Part shown: piece by piece, positions 34,187 to 44,958 of the stretch
How positions within the stretch are numbered: position 1 is the first letter of the stretch
Layout: the number at the start of each line of letters is the position of its first letter
NCBI GenBank assembly: GCA_029940475.1
Contig: JAPYUT010000009.1
Coordinates: 16,605-80,604, forward strand
Length of the DNA: 64,000 bases
DNA from: Verrucomicrobiales bacterium
GTDB taxonomy: Bacteria; Verrucomicrobiota; Verrucomicrobiia; Verrucomicrobiales; DEV007
Reading direction: 5' to 3'
Position numbers and translations under genes: made by a program
The notes under the pieces: generated by a model
Told to the model about the DNA's origin: nothing
The model's input: the letters and a program-made list of their open reading frames with translations, nothing else
Database searches by the model: none

Positions 34187-34633
34187 TTATGTAATTTGCT
34201 GCTCGTCGCGATAGCTCTGCAGGGCATCCTTCATGCGGGAAAGCATATAATAGATGCTCTGGCTGCGTGTAAGTACAAGTGGGGAGCCGACAATTTTAAT
34301 GATGAAGTCCTCCGGTAAGCCAAGGATTTCCTCAACATCGCAGTTGTCCAGACCGCGGCAGAGGATCGTGGTCATCGCCCTGGTGAGGGTTTGCACATTG
34401 GGGCCAAGTGAGATCTTGAATCTCGCCCTGCGGCCCTCGATGCGCAGGAAAACACCAACAGTGTCGATACACTGCTCGTCTTTACGCACATCCTGCAGAT
34501 GAAATTGCTCATCTTTTGCGGGTCTCCATTTTTCTGCTCCAAGGGCAAAGCTGACAAGATTCTCACGCCGCTCCTCCTCGGAGAGCGATTCGAATATCGC
34601 GATGATTGCGCCAAGTTTTCCGGGATAGGGCAT
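34187..34633 (-). CDS. sufE: SufE-like cysteine desulfuration (sulfur acceptor) protein
   Basis: 148 aa. SufE/Fe-S-metabolism-associated pattern: EERRENLVSFA...VRKDEQCIDTVGVFLRIEG...GLDNCDVEEILGL. Confidence 0.7.
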   Translation of the reverse strand: MPYPGKLGAIIAIFESLSEEERRENLVSFALGAEKWRPAKDEQFHLQDVRKDEQCIDTVGVFLRIEGRRARFKISLGPNVQTLTRAMTTILCRGLDNCDVEEILGLPEDFIIKIVGSPLVLTRSQSIYYMLSRMKDALQSYRDEQQIT

Positions 34634-34779
34634 CTGCGGCGATGATTGCCAAGTATGTGGCTGAGTTGAGTTTTATATGGCCAGTGTATTGCCAATTCCT
34701 TTTCGAATTCGAAGAATCATCAATAATACCGGAATCTGTAAATTCGGCAACCCTGGGCAATTCGTGCTAGGGTCGGTTC

Positions 34780-35187
34780 ATGGCGACTGAGCCTCCACTC
34801 CCCGAAGAGCTGATGTTGCGAATGCAACACCTGAAGGTGATTGAGGGTGACTTGACCGAGCGCTTTATTCGCGGTTCCGGGCCCGGTGGCCAAAAGATCA
34901 ACAAGACATCCTCCTGCGTGCAGCTGCGGCATGTGCCCAGTGGCATTGAGATAAAGTGTCAACACAGCCGTTCCCTCGCGGCGAATCGCGTGAAGGCACG
35001 AAGCCTGGTTTGCGACATCCTGGAAGAACGTGAGATTAAGCGGCGCGCAGCGCGCCGGGCTGAGGCTGCAAAGCGTCGCCGCCAGAAACGACAGCCATCA
35101 AGGAGACAGAAAAAAATCAATGTCGCCAACAAGCGTCGCCACGGAATCAAGAAGCGATTGCGTGGGCGACCCGGGACTGAAGAATAA
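34780..35187 (+). CDS. arfB: GGQ-domain peptidyl-tRNA hydrolase (ArfB/YaeJ-like ribosome rescue factor)
   Basis: 135 aa. RF-1 domain motif RGSGPGGQKINKTSSCVQLRH, followed by a long Arg/Lys-rich C-terminal tail. Confidence 0.7.
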   Translation: MATEPPLPEELMLRMQHLKVIEGDLTERFIRGSGPGGQKINKTSSCVQLRHVPSGIEIKCQHSRSLAANRVKARSLVCDILEEREIKRRAARRAEAAKRRRQKRQPSRRQKKINVANKRRHGIKKRLRGRPGTEE

Positions 35188-35214
35188 GGCTCAGGGCGTC
35201 ACTTTTCCCGGCAA

Positions 35215-36579
35215 CTATCTGGTGACCAGCTTGACAAATTCCTTCCTGGCTTTCTTTGAAACCAGCGCATAGAGATTGTCTCCTGCGGAGATTATATCTT
35301 CACTTGAGGGCACCCTTGTGTGGTTTTCATGGATGTGCGCGACCAGCGAACAGTTGTCAATTTTAATGTCCTTGACGGTTGCTCCGTCTGCCTTGGAATT
35401 CTCGCGAACAGTGACCTCGATAAGTTCACCTTCCGGCCAATCCTTAATGACGTGGTATTTGTCGGAGGTGATGAAGCGCATTAGTTCCTGCTGCACCACT
35501 GCGCGCAGGCTGACGGAATCGATGCCCAGTTGCTCGTGTGCCTCGCTGAGCGCATCCGCATGATCGGTGTGGTGGGTGAGGGTAAGGCATTGTTTGGCCT
35601 TAAGTTTCTTGGCATGCAGGCAACTCACCAGGTTGTCGATATCGTTCCGGGTGGTGGCAATGAAGAAGTCGACTTCCACCTCGCCGATTTGTTCTTCCTG
35701 GAGGTTTTTAAGCAAGGTGGCGTCAGCATTGATGATGCTGATGCTGTCATCCACTTCACCTTCAATTTTTTCAGCATGTGCCTGGTCACGTTCGAACACC
35801 CTCACCTTGTAGTTCCAGGCCTCTATTTTTTTTGCCAAGGCGAAACCGTAACTGCCGCCGCCGACTATAACGATTCTTGGTTTCCAGTCTTTCATGTTGC
35901 CGCCATGCAGTTTATTGGCGGTTTCCGAGAGTGTTTGCGGGTTGCCGCAGAGAATGACGCGGTCCCCTTCCTGCAGACAATCATCAGGCCCGGCAGGAAA
36001 CCTATGCTCGCCGGTATCGCGGAGGATGGAGAGGACACGCACCCGTTCAGGCAGTGCGATGTCCCGCAGGGATCGATTTCGGACATCACTCCCCCTGGTA
36101 ACGATGACTTGTTGCACCTCAATTTTTCCCTGCCCGATTTCCTCGACTTCGGTTGGCACGGGATTATGGATGCTTTTTGAAAGCTGCGTGGCGCACAACT
36201 GCTCGGAGCTGAACATGTGATCGACGGAGAAAAGTTGATCAAGCCTTAACGGGAACTCATTGCGGCGAAGAGTCTCGGAAACGCGACAAATGGTCGTCTT
36301 GGCACCGCCTTCATTGGCTACTTTGCAGGCGGTGAGGTTGGCGTGGTCATCGCTGGTGAGCGCGAAGAAAAGATCACATTGGCTTATATTAGCCTCGTCA
36401 ATAAGCAGGTTGGGATGAGTGCCGTTGCCGGCGATGACGGTGTCAACCTCATCATTAGCTTCGATTTCCCTGGCGAGTTTGCGGTTTTGTTCAATGACAG
36501 TGACATCGTGAGCCTTGCTTGACAGGCTGAGGGCGAAGTGACGCCCGATTTCGCCGGCACCGACTATAATGATACGCAT
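35215..36579 (-). CDS. trkA: Trk potassium uptake system NAD-binding subunit TrkA
   Basis: 454 aa. Two RCK/TrkA-N Rossmann repeats (MRIIIVGAGEIGRHFA and IVIVGGGSYGFALA), each followed by a TrkA-C-like segment. Confidence 0.85.
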   Translation of the reverse strand: MRIIIVGAGEIGRHFALSLSSKAHDVTVIEQNRKLAREIEANDEVDTVIAGNGTHPNLLIDEANISQCDLFFALTSDDHANLTACKVANEGGAKTTICRVSETLRRNEFPLRLDQLFSVDHMFSSEQLCATQLSKSIHNPVPTEVEEIGQGKIEVQQVIVTRGSDVRNRSLRDIALPERVRVLSILRDTGEHRFPAGPDDCLQEGDRVILCGNPQTLSETANKLHGGNMKDWKPRIVIVGGGSYGFALAKKIEAWNYKVRVFERDQAHAEKIEGEVDDSISIINADATLLKNLQEEQIGEVEVDFFIATTRNDIDNLVSCLHAKKLKAKQCLTLTHHTDHADALSEAHEQLGIDSVSLRAVVQQELMRFITSDKYHVIKDWPEGELIEVTVRENSKADGATVKDIKIDNCSLVAHIHENHTRVPSSEDIISAGDNLYALVSKKARKEFVKLVTR

Positions 36580-36603
36580 CTTGGATGATTCAGGGTTGAG
36601 TGT

Positions 36604-37203
36604 TCAGGTGCAATGATTCTGCATTTGAGGCCGAATGTCGAATTTATCAGCAAGGTGGCTGGCAAGTTCATCCATCGGCAGGCCGACGACATTGGTATAT
36701 GATCCGCTGGTCTTGGCGATGATTTTTTCACCGTGTTCCTGCGCGGCATAGCCGCCGGCCTTGTCAAGGGGGTCGATGAGCGCCAGGTAGGAGCGTAATG
36801 CTTCAGGATTAAGCGTCCTGAAGGTCACGTCGGTAATGACATGGAAAGAATACCGGGTTGCAGGATTTCCCTGTATCAGGGCAACCCCGGTGCACACCTG
36901 GTGTGTTTTTCCAAGCAACCGCGTGAGTATGGCTTCGGCATGGGACAGGCTATCAGGTTTTCCCAACGGTTCAGACCCGAGGAAGACCAGGGTATCCGCC
37001 CCGATAACAACCGCATCCGGGTTGCTGCTGCTGATCGACTTTGCTTTTAGCATCGCGTTGTTTCCGGTTAACTGCTGCGGCGAGAGGGAGGGGTCATTGG
37101 ATTCTTGCGCATCAGGAAGGGCAACGCGGAAATTGTAACCCGCCTGCGCCATGAGTTCGTGGCGGCGTGGAGAAGCGGAAGCCAGCAGCAATTGTGGTTG
37201 CAT
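36604..37203 (-). CDS. maf: Maf-like nucleoside triphosphate pyrophosphatase
   Basis: Start placed at [18 protein letters not shown]. Also has GADTLV, GKP and GAYAAQE-like GGYAAQEHG. The track's longer ORF adds 13 residues. Confidence 0.85.
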   Translation of the reverse strand: MQPQLLLASASPRRHELMAQAGYNFRVALPDAQESNDPSLSPQQLTGNNAMLKAKSISSSNPDAVVIGADTLVFLGSEPLGKPDSLSHAEAILTRLLGKTHQVCTGVALIQGNPATRYSFHVITDVTFRTLNPEALRSYLALIDPLDKAGGYAAQEHGEKIIAKTSGSYTNVVGLPMDELASHLADKFDIRPQMQNHCT

Positions 37204-37309
37204 CAGGGACAGGTCACCCGCCTTGAGCGCGATGCAATACATATCAACATATCGTGATTTGTTGATATATTACCTTGAAGGCACGTTTTTAAGGGTTATT
37301 CTCCCTAGA

Positions 37310-40300
37310 ATGGCCAAAGAAAGCTGCCAATCCGAGTTGCAAAAGCTGCTGGGTGAGCGCATCGCGATCCTTGACGGGGCGATGGGCACGACGATTCGTG
37401 GCTATGGGCTCAATGAGCAGGCAGCACGTGGAGAGCGTTTCAGGGACAGCATCAAGGATTTGCTCAATAACGGGGATATCCTGTCGCTGACGCAGCCGGA
37501 GATTATCGGCGACATCCACAAGCGTTTTTATCAGGCCGGGGCTGACATTGCGGAGACGAACACTTTTTCAGCGACCACTGTTTCACAAAGCGACATTTTT
37601 CTCCCCCACGAAGAGGGCAAGCGGAGAGATCAGGAATACTTCCAGCGGGTGATCGAGGATCCGAAGCTCAACGACCTGGTCTGGGAGATGAACGTCGAGT
37701 CGGCAAAACTTTGTCGCACGATGGCTGAACGCGTCGGTGAGGACTCAGGGGTGAAACGCTACGTCGCGGGCGCCATTGGACCGATGACGGTGGCGCTCCA
37801 CCAGATGGTGGACGCTAGTGACCCTGAGTTCCGGATGGTGACTTTCGATCAGGTGAAGTCGGCCTACATGCACCAGATTCGCGCGCTTATCGAAGGTGGC
37901 GTCGATATTTTAATGGTGGAGACGATCTTTGATGCACTGAACGCAAAAGCCGCATGCGTCGCGATCCGGGAAGTGTTCGCAGAGGACGGTGTCGATTTCC
38001 CAATCATCATTTCGGCGGCGGTTGGCTTGGGTGGCGAGACGATGACTTCGGCTTTGAAGGTTGAGGCCCTCGCTAGCACCTTCGCACATGTGAACCCGCT
38101 GGCGATCGGCATGAACTGCTCGATCGGGCCAGATCTGATGCGTCCGTTTTTGTCGGAACTCTCGGCGGGTTCGAACACTTTCGTTTCGGCTTATCCCAAC
38201 GCTGGACTGCCAAACCCACTGGCTCCAACAGGCTTTGATTTGTTGCCCGAGCACATGGCAGAGCACACGAAGGACTTCGCGGAGTCCGGGCTAGTGAACT
38301 TGATTGGTGGTTGTTGTGGAAACACTCCGGAGCACATCGCAGCGATCGCTGAGGAGGCGAAGAAGCACCCGCCGCGGCCGTTGCCGACGGTTGAGCCGCT
38401 GATGCGCTTGAGCGGATCGGACGCATACGACCACACGGCGGACAAGAATTTCCTCATGATCGGTGAGCGGACGAACGTCGCAGGTTCGCCGCGCTTTGCG
38501 AGGATGATCAAGGAGGGACGCCTTGAGGACGCAGTGAGTGTTGCGCGGCAACAGGTCGAGAACGGCGCGAACGTGATCGATATCTGTATGGATGAGGGCC
38601 TCATCGATGGCGTCGACATGATGACGCGCTTCCTGAAGATTCTCCAGACCGAGCCGGAGGTGAACAAAGTACCGTTCATGGTCGACTCCTCGAAGTGGGA
38701 AGTGATCGAAGCTGGCCTGAAGTGCCTGCAGGGCAAAGGTATCGTAAACTCGATCTCACTCAAAGAAGGTGAGGATGCGTTCCGCGAGCGGGCGAAGACC
38801 ATCATGCGTTACGGTGCGGCAGTGGTCGTAATGGCCTTCGACGAAGAGGGGCAAGCGGCAACCTTGGATGACAAGATTCGTATTTGCGAACGTGCTTACA
38901 ACATCCTCGTCAAGGAAGTTGGTTTCAATCCGAACGACATCATCTTCGATCCGAACATCCTCACCGTTGCAACGGGCATGGAGGCGCACAATAACTACGC
39001 GGTCGACTTCATCGAGGCGACACGTTGGATTAAAAAGAACCTGCCGGGCGCGAAAGTGAGCGGTGGTGTTTCGAATATCTCGTTCGGTTTCCGTGGCAAC
39101 AACCCAGTGCGCGAGGCGATGCACTCAGCCTTCCTGTATCACGCGATTGAGGCCGGCATGGACATGGGCATCGTTAACGCCGGGATGCTTGAGGTCTATG
39201 AAGAGATTCCCAAGGAGTTGTTAGTGAAGGTCGAGGACGTGCTCCTCAACCGCAATCCTGAGGCGACTGAGGCGCTCGTCGACTACGCAGAGCAGTTCAA
39301 AGGCAAGGCTGGCAAGAAGATCGAAGTCGATCTCAGCTGGCGCGAGCAGTCGGTGGAGAAACGGCTAGAGCATGCACTCCTGCGTGGCATTACCGATTTT
39401 ATTGACGAGGACAGCGAGGAGGCACGCGTTAAATACGGCAAGCCGATCAAGGTCATCGAGGGGCCGCTGATGGATGGCATGGGCATCGTTGGAGACTTGT
39501 TCGGCGAGGGCAAGATGTTCCTGCCGCAGGTGGTGAAGTCGGCAAGGGTGATGAAGAAATCAGTGGCTTATCTTGAGCCGTTCATGGAGGACGATCAGCA
39601 GCAGGCTGACCGTGCGGGCAGGATAATCATGGCGACGGTCAAGGGCGATGTGCACGACATTGGCAAGAATATCGTCGGGGTGGTGCTGGCATGTAACAAC
39701 TACGAAGTCATTGACCTTGGTGTCATGGTCCCGTGTGGGAAGATTCTTGCGAAGGCGAGGGAGGTTGACGCCGATATCATCGGTCTGAGTGGCCTGATTA
39801 CACCCAGCCTTGATGAGATGATGAACGTGGCTGCAGAGATGGAGCGCGAAGGTTTCACCGTGCCCCTTTTAATTGGAGGTGCTACGACAAGTGCTGCGCA
39901 CACGGCAATAAAGATTGCCCCGAATTATGGCAACCCGGTAGTGCATGTGCTGGATGCGAGCCGCAGCGTGCCGGTGGTAACCTCGTTGTTGAGTAATGAA
40001 GGTCGGGATGCCTTCGTGGCCGGTAATGAGCAAAGGCACGTTGATCAGCGGGAGAAGTTTGATAACAAAACCGCAAAGAAGAAGATGATTGCGCTTAAGC
40101 AGGCGCAGCAGGGGCGTTTCACCTGTGACTGGGAATCCATCGATATTGCGGTTCCCGAAGGTGCAGATGAGGGTGTGTCCTCACCGCGACTGGAGGATAT
40201 CGTTGCTTTCATCGATTGGTCGCCGTTTTTTCACACCTGGGAGTTACGCGGGCGATATCCTGATATATTCGATGATCCGAAGATGGGTGAGGAGGCACGC

Positions 40301-41047
40301 AAGCTTCATGATGATGCTCTTGCGATGCTGCAGGTGATCATTACCGGGAAGAAATTTATTGCACGGGGAGCTTGGGGATTATTCCCTGCCAATGCCCGTG
40401 ACGATGACATCGAGGTTTACACTGACGAATCCCGGTCGGAAGTACGCTGCGTGTTCCATACACTGCGCCAGCAGATGGCCAAGAAGGGCAAGCCCAACTA
40501 CGCGCTGGCCGACTTTATAGCACCATTGGGAAGCGGCCGGGCAGATTATCTTGGTGGATTTGTGGTGGCAATTCAAGGTGCCGACCGCTTGTCTGCAGAG
40601 TTTGAGAAAAACCACGACGATTATTCGAGTATCATGGCCAAGGCCCTTGCCGACCGCCTTGCGGAGGCCTTTGCCGAGAAACTGCACCATGAGGTGCGTG
40701 TTGCCTGGGGATACGAGACACCAGGTGAATACAGCAGCAAGGAATATATTCGTGAGTGTTATCGCGGCATACGGCCTGCCGGCGGTTATCCCGCGCAACC
40801 TGACCACACTGAGAAACGCACCCTGTTCGACTTGTTGCAGGCTGAGAAGAATACCGGCGCACGCCTGACTGAAAGCATGGCAATGCATCCCGGGGCAGCA
40901 GTCAGCGGCCTTTATTTTTCCCATCCTGAATCACGTTACTTTGGCGTGGGGCAGATCGGCCGCGATCAGGTCGAGGACTATGCAGGAAGAAAGGGGACCA
41001 CTGTTGCCGATGCGGAAAAGTGGCTTGGTCCATGGCTGGGGTATTGA
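37310..41047 (+). CDS. metH: cobalamin-dependent methionine synthase
   Basis: Start at [27 protein letters not shown]. All MetH modules are recognisable: the Hcy-binding module (GGCCGTTPEHI-like [11 protein letters not shown]), the pterin-binding module, the B12-binding module ([20 protein letters not shown]) and the AdoMet activation domain. The track ORF's 53-codon N-terminal extension overlaps maf. Confidence 0.95.
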   Translation: MAKESCQSELQKLLGERIAILDGAMGTTIRGYGLNEQAARGERFRDSIKDLLNNGDILSLTQPEIIGDIHKRFYQAGADIAETNTFSATTVSQSDIFLPHEEGKRRDQEYFQRVIEDPKLNDLVWEMNVESAKLCRTMAERVGEDSGVKRYVAGAIGPMTVALHQMVDASDPEFRMVTFDQVKSAYMHQIRALIEGGVDILMVETIFDALNAKAACVAIREVFAEDGVDFPIIISAAVGLGGETMTSALKVEALASTFAHVNPLAIGMNCSIGPDLMRPFLSELSAGSNTFVSAYPNAGLPNPLAPTGFDLLPEHMAEHTKDFAESGLVNLIGGCCGNTPEHIAAIAEEAKKHPPRPLPTVEPLMRLSGSDAYDHTADKNFLMIGERTNVAGSPRFARMIKEGRLEDAVSVARQQVENGANVIDICMDEGLIDGVDMMTRFLKILQTEPEVNKVPFMVDSSKWEVIEAGLKCLQGKGIVNSISLKEGEDAFRERAKTIMRYGAAVVVMAFDEEGQAATLDDKIRICERAYNILVKEVGFNPNDIIFDPNILTVATGMEAHNNYAVDFIEATRWIKKNLPGAKVSGGVSNISFGFRGNNPVREAMHSAFLYHAIEAGMDMGIVNAGMLEVYEEIPKELLVKVEDVLLNRNPEATEALVDYAEQFKGKAGKKIEVDLSWREQSVEKRLEHALLRGITDFIDEDSEEARVKYGKPIKVIEGPLMDGMGIVGDLFGEGKMFLPQVVKSARVMKKSVAYLEPFMEDDQQQADRAGRIIMATVKGDVHDIGKNIVGVVLACNNYEVIDLGVMVPCGKILAKAREVDADIIGLSGLITPSLDEMMNVAAEMEREGFTVPLLIGGATTSAAHTAIKIAPNYGNPVVHVLDASRSVPVVTSLLSNEGRDAFVAGNEQRHVDQREKFDNKTAKKKMIALKQAQQGRFTCDWESIDIAVPEGADEGVSSPRLEDIVAFIDWSPFFHTWELRGRYPDIFDDPKMGEEARKLHDDALAMLQVIITGKKFIARGAWGLFPANARDDDIEVYTDESRSEVRCVFHTLRQQMAKKGKPNYALADFIAPLGSGRADYLGGFVVAIQGADRLSAEFEKNHDDYSSIMAKALADRLAEAFAEKLHHEVRVAWGYETPGEYSSKEYIRECYRGIRPAGGYPAQPDHTEKRTLFDLLQAEKNTGARLTESMAMHPGAAVSGLYFSHPESRYFGVGQIGRDQVEDYAGRKGTTVADAEKWLGPWLGY

Positions 41048-41216
41048 ACCCGACACGGGACGTCGAGTATCTTTCCAGAGGAATAACAAGATAATGGTTG
41101 AGGCACGGCAGGCTGTTGCCGGGGGAACCGGCAACCTTGGCACAGCGGTTTGATCAGGATTCCTGCCTGTTTATAATTTGTTGCCACTCATCGGTGATAT
41201 ATGCACAGTTGGAATC

Positions 41217-41747
41217 ATGGGCAGGCATTTAAAAATCACTATTTCCGGAGTGTTTATCGTTGGCTTATTCTCCGGGTGCCAGACGACAAAGCCAGAGGGG
41301 GAACCTGCCAACTCGCCGGCACACCAGGCCCGCCTGCAGGCTATTCTTGCCGAGGACCCCGGGGATTTTTACATTGGGCGCCGCTACCATGTTGAGCGCA
41401 CACGCTACTGGGGATACCTCCGTCGTCCACGCAACGGGTGGCAAACGGCAAAACTTGTGATAATGAATGAGTCTCGCAAGCCGGTTCCTGACAGTCCGCT
41501 CGGGCGATCGGACGGGGAAACAGGACCGGTTCAACCGGACCACAATTTTGAATACAGGATTTACGGTCACTATTCGGGAAAGGATGCGTATGACCCGAAT
41601 TCAAACATGGTGCTCCCGGAGTTCATCCTTGAAGATTATGAATTAATTGATTCTGAGCCCGGTTGGTTATTTGATCCGCGGGAGATCCATCCTTCCCGGC
41701 GGTTGCAACCCGGTCCGGAGGGTAGCGAGAGGGAAACAGCACCATAG
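41217..41747 (+). CDS. hypothetical lipoprotein
   Basis: Start at MGRHLKITISGVFIVGLFSGCQT (lipobox LFSGC). No recognisable domain. Confidence 0.5.
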   Translation: MGRHLKITISGVFIVGLFSGCQTTKPEGEPANSPAHQARLQAILAEDPGDFYIGRRYHVERTRYWGYLRRPRNGWQTAKLVIMNESRKPVPDSPLGRSDGETGPVQPDHNFEYRIYGHYSGKDAYDPNSNMVLPEFILEDYELIDSEPGWLFDPREIHPSRRLQPGPEGSERETAP

Positions 41748-41886
41748 AGGGAGCTCTTTCTGTTCAACCACCGGAAGAGTGGACCGGGATTTGCAATGGA
41801 CATTGCCTTGACCGTGTTGAGTTGCGGGGCGATAGTTAATCAACCTCTCCCCTCACTTTTTTCCCCTTAATTCCCCAACGATTGCC

Positions 41887-44800
41887 ATGATTCGCCTCCA
41901 TCGTGTATGCCGCCGATATTATTATATTTTTGCTTTAATTGCTTTTGGATTACCATGTTTTTCCGAGCGTAGTGTTGCTGAGGTCATTATCACTGAGGTT
42001 CATTACAATCCGAATGGTGCTGATGAACAGAAGGAGTTCATCGAACTGAAGAACGTAGGTAATGAGACGGCAAACTTGTCGGGATGGCAGTTTACCAATG
42101 GCGTTTCATTTACCTTCCCAAACGCTACTGTCCTGGAACCCGGGGAGTTCTTTGTTGTCGTTGCCAATCCGGGTGCGTTTGCCCTTCATTATCCGGGCGT
42201 GGCAATTGGCGGACAGTTTATTGATGAAGACAACGGGGTGGCGGGCCAGGCGGGACTCTCCAACAAAGGTGAACGCCTGACGCTTAAAGACGGGCCCGAT
42301 GAGACCGGCAGCACCATTTTTTCCCTGCGTTATCATGATGGCAACAACGGGGATATTCCCGCACCCCCCATCGTCCCGGATTCCGATGCCCTTGAGCGTG
42401 CGCGTTGGCCAAGCGAGGCTGATGGGGAAGATCGCTCACTCGTCTCACTTGCCCCTAATGGAAATCCCGATGAGGAAGACTATCGGAACTGGCGTCCGAG
42501 CATTAACCTTAACGGTTCACCGGGAGCTGATGAGCCATTGCCCTCCCCGCTGCAGCTGATCTATATCAACGAGGTGCGCACACGTGACGGGGTGCTTGAT
42601 AATGATGCGGTTGAACTCTACAACCCCGGAGCGGGTGATGTCGATATTGGAGGATGGTTTGTCAGCGACAACCTTGATCAGCCCATGAAAAATCCGGCCA
42701 TCACGTCAAATACGATTGTGCCGGCCGGAGGATACAGAGTTCTTGAGAATGGGGTGAGCGGGTTCATTCTCAGCGTAAGTTCGAAAGGTGAGCGGGTGTT
42801 CCTTTACTCTGCCCAAGGCGGGATACTTACGGGTTGGGTGCATGGATTTCATCTGGAGGCCTCGGAGGATGGCAAGAATTTCGCACGGTTTGTTGATGCC
42901 TCCGGGAAGGAGCATCTGATCCCAGATGATCCCAGCATGGGGGCGGGCAACGGCACTCCGGATCTTCCCGTGTTGAGTATTATCGAGATCATGCATACTC
43001 CCGGGTATGGATCCGTTGCAGAGTATATCAAGATCAGCAATTCAAGTGTCTCCACAGTAGCGCTTTACGATCCGCTTGCGCCTTCGGATAACCTGAATGT
43101 TGGCGGGTTTGGCATTACACTGCCGGGGGTTCAGCCGACCCTGGCCCCTGGAGAGGAGGCCTTTGTCACCAATATTTCCGAGGTGGCGTTCCGGGCTGCC
43201 TATGATGTTGATCCCGGAGCAAGGGTGTTTGCTGATACGCAAGGTGGTGGATTGAGTGGTGGAGGGGAACTGATAGAGCTGCGGATGCCCGTTACCATTG
43301 GAGGATTGCAGCGCAATGACCCCGGACATCCGCGTTACTATTACACGGTTGATGAAGTGCATTACGATGATGATTCTCCATGGCCGAGTGAAGCAGATGG
43401 ATCGGGTTACAGTCTGCAGAAGGTGGATCTCGACGAATCGGGTTTCGATTCACTGAATTGGGATGCCAGTGCTGATCGTGGCGGCTCTGCTTTCGGTGGA
43501 GGGGTTATTTATGTCAATGAGGTGCTGGCGCATACTGACATCCCCCAGACTGATGTGATTGAACTCTATAACCCGGGGACCAGCCCGGTCGACATAGGAG
43601 GCTGGTACCTCACTGATGATCCGCTTGTTGCTCCCACGAAATATGTGATCGCAGCGGGAACAAGCATTCCCGCCGGTGGTTACTGGGCAGTGAATGAGGA
43701 CAATGATGCAAACTCAGGCAGCGCGCCAGCCGGTTACTTCGGCAGTGCTTTCTCTGTCAGTTCGCGCGGTGATGAGATATTCCTGTTTTCCGGTGACGGG
43801 CTTGGAGGGTTCACCGGCTACGCGCATCAGGCGAAGTTCAAGGCTACGGCAAATGGCGTGTCGATTATTCGACATGTGAATTCCGTGGGTGAGGAGAAGT
43901 TCACGGCCCAGTCGGGGAATCCATCGCTGGAGATTAACCGATTTGTGGTGTTTCCGGATGGACTTGCGAACACTACACCGCGTGTTGAGCGGGCGGTGAT
44001 CAGTGAGATTTTATATGATCCGGGTCCGGGGGGCATTGAGTTTGTGGAAATTGCAAATATCAGCGGCGTGACTCTTGCCCTTTACGATGATACTCCGATA
44101 GCACTTGGAGGCGATCCCGGTAATAACTGGGAACTGGATGGAGTGGATTTTGTGTTTCCCGGTAATCAGCCCACGCTTGCCCCAGACGAACGGGTGGTAA
44201 TCATTCCTCAGGGGGTTTCTGTAGCTGCATTCCGCAACCAGTACAATGTTCCGGCAAGCGTCAGTGTTTTTGGTGATGCTGAGGGTTATATCGGTGCACT
44301 TAACAACGGCGGGGAAGAACTTGCCCTGCTCCGGCCGGATAAGCCTGATCAGGTGCCCGGGCAGGGAATCATTGTGCCCAAGATTGAGGTCGATGTTGTC
44401 AGGTATGACGATGATGCGCCATGGTCATCAGGAGAGGGCAAGAGCATTGAGCGTATCGATGAATCTGCGTTTGGTGATGATCCGGTTAACTGGCAGGTGA
44501 GCTTTTCGGGCAGTGGCACCCCGGGGAACCCGAACAGCAGTGTTGCAGGTTATCAGTCTTGGGCGGCAGGCGAATTTACAGAACAGGAACTTGCCGGCGG
44601 GGCTGCCGGTCCGGGTGAAGATTTCAACGGCGATGGATATGACAACCTGTTGGCATATGGTTTTGGTTTTAGTCCAAGGCTGGCTGTTGAAGGCATTAAC
44701 CTTCCTCAAGTGGCAATATCCGGAAGTGGGGAGAATAAGATGCTGGTAATCCGCTTTCGCAGCAGGATTGATGCCCCGGACCTGACTTATAGGGTGCAAA

Positions 44801-44958
44801 AATCAAGTAATCTGGCATCCTGGGCGGATGTGGATAATTCTCAGGGCGAGGTGGTTGATAACGGTGATGGAACCGAGACGATAACTCACGCCGACCCCGC
44901 GGCTGTGGCTAATGAAACGGCTTTTTTGAGAGTTGTCCTGGAGTTGGCTGCCCCTTAG
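41887..44958 (+). CDS. large secreted protein with five lamin-tail domains (LTD) and the shared C-terminal module
   Basis: 1023 aa with a signal peptide. The five LTD cores are VIITEVHYNPNG..EFIELKNVG..LSGWQF; LIYINEVRT..AVELYNPG..VDIGGWFVSD; LSIIEIMHTPG..EYIKISN; VIYVNEVLA..VIELYNPG..VDIGGWYLTDD; and AVISEILYDPGPGGIEFVEIAN. Confidence 0.75.
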   Translation: MIRLHRVCRRYYYIFALIAFGLPCFSERSVAEVIITEVHYNPNGADEQKEFIELKNVGNETANLSGWQFTNGVSFTFPNATVLEPGEFFVVVANPGAFALHYPGVAIGGQFIDEDNGVAGQAGLSNKGERLTLKDGPDETGSTIFSLRYHDGNNGDIPAPPIVPDSDALERARWPSEADGEDRSLVSLAPNGNPDEEDYRNWRPSINLNGSPGADEPLPSPLQLIYINEVRTRDGVLDNDAVELYNPGAGDVDIGGWFVSDNLDQPMKNPAITSNTIVPAGGYRVLENGVSGFILSVSSKGERVFLYSAQGGILTGWVHGFHLEASEDGKNFARFVDASGKEHLIPDDPSMGAGNGTPDLPVLSIIEIMHTPGYGSVAEYIKISNSSVSTVALYDPLAPSDNLNVGGFGITLPGVQPTLAPGEEAFVTNISEVAFRAAYDVDPGARVFADTQGGGLSGGGELIELRMPVTIGGLQRNDPGHPRYYYTVDEVHYDDDSPWPSEADGSGYSLQKVDLDESGFDSLNWDASADRGGSAFGGGVIYVNEVLAHTDIPQTDVIELYNPGTSPVDIGGWYLTDDPLVAPTKYVIAAGTSIPAGGYWAVNEDNDANSGSAPAGYFGSAFSVSSRGDEIFLFSGDGLGGFTGYAHQAKFKATANGVSIIRHVNSVGEEKFTAQSGNPSLEINRFVVFPDGLANTTPRVERAVISEILYDPGPGGIEFVEIANISGVTLALYDDTPIALGGDPGNNWELDGVDFVFPGNQPTLAPDERVVIIPQGVSVAAFRNQYNVPASVSVFGDAEGYIGALNNGGEELALLRPDKPDQVPGQGIIVPKIEVDVVRYDDDAPWSSGEGKSIERIDESAFGDDPVNWQVSFSGSGTPGNPNSSVAGYQSWAAGEFTEQELAGGAAGPGEDFNGDGYDNLLAYGFGFSPRLAVEGINLPQVAISGSGENKMLVIRFRSRIDAPDLTYRVQKSSNLASWADVDNSQGEVVDNGDGTETITHADPAAVANETAFLRVVLELAAP

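Noticed and set aside
37151-37309. N-terminal extensions in the ORF track for metH (37151), mrpD copy 1 (25005), mrpG (23170), leuD (62713), leuC (61493), the acetylesterase (20810), maf (37242) and hemA (52138).
   Set aside because: The extensions overlap the neighbouring gene or add residues with no homology-like features. Internal ATGs give canonical family N-termini or signal peptides, several with ATGA-type stop/start overlaps.
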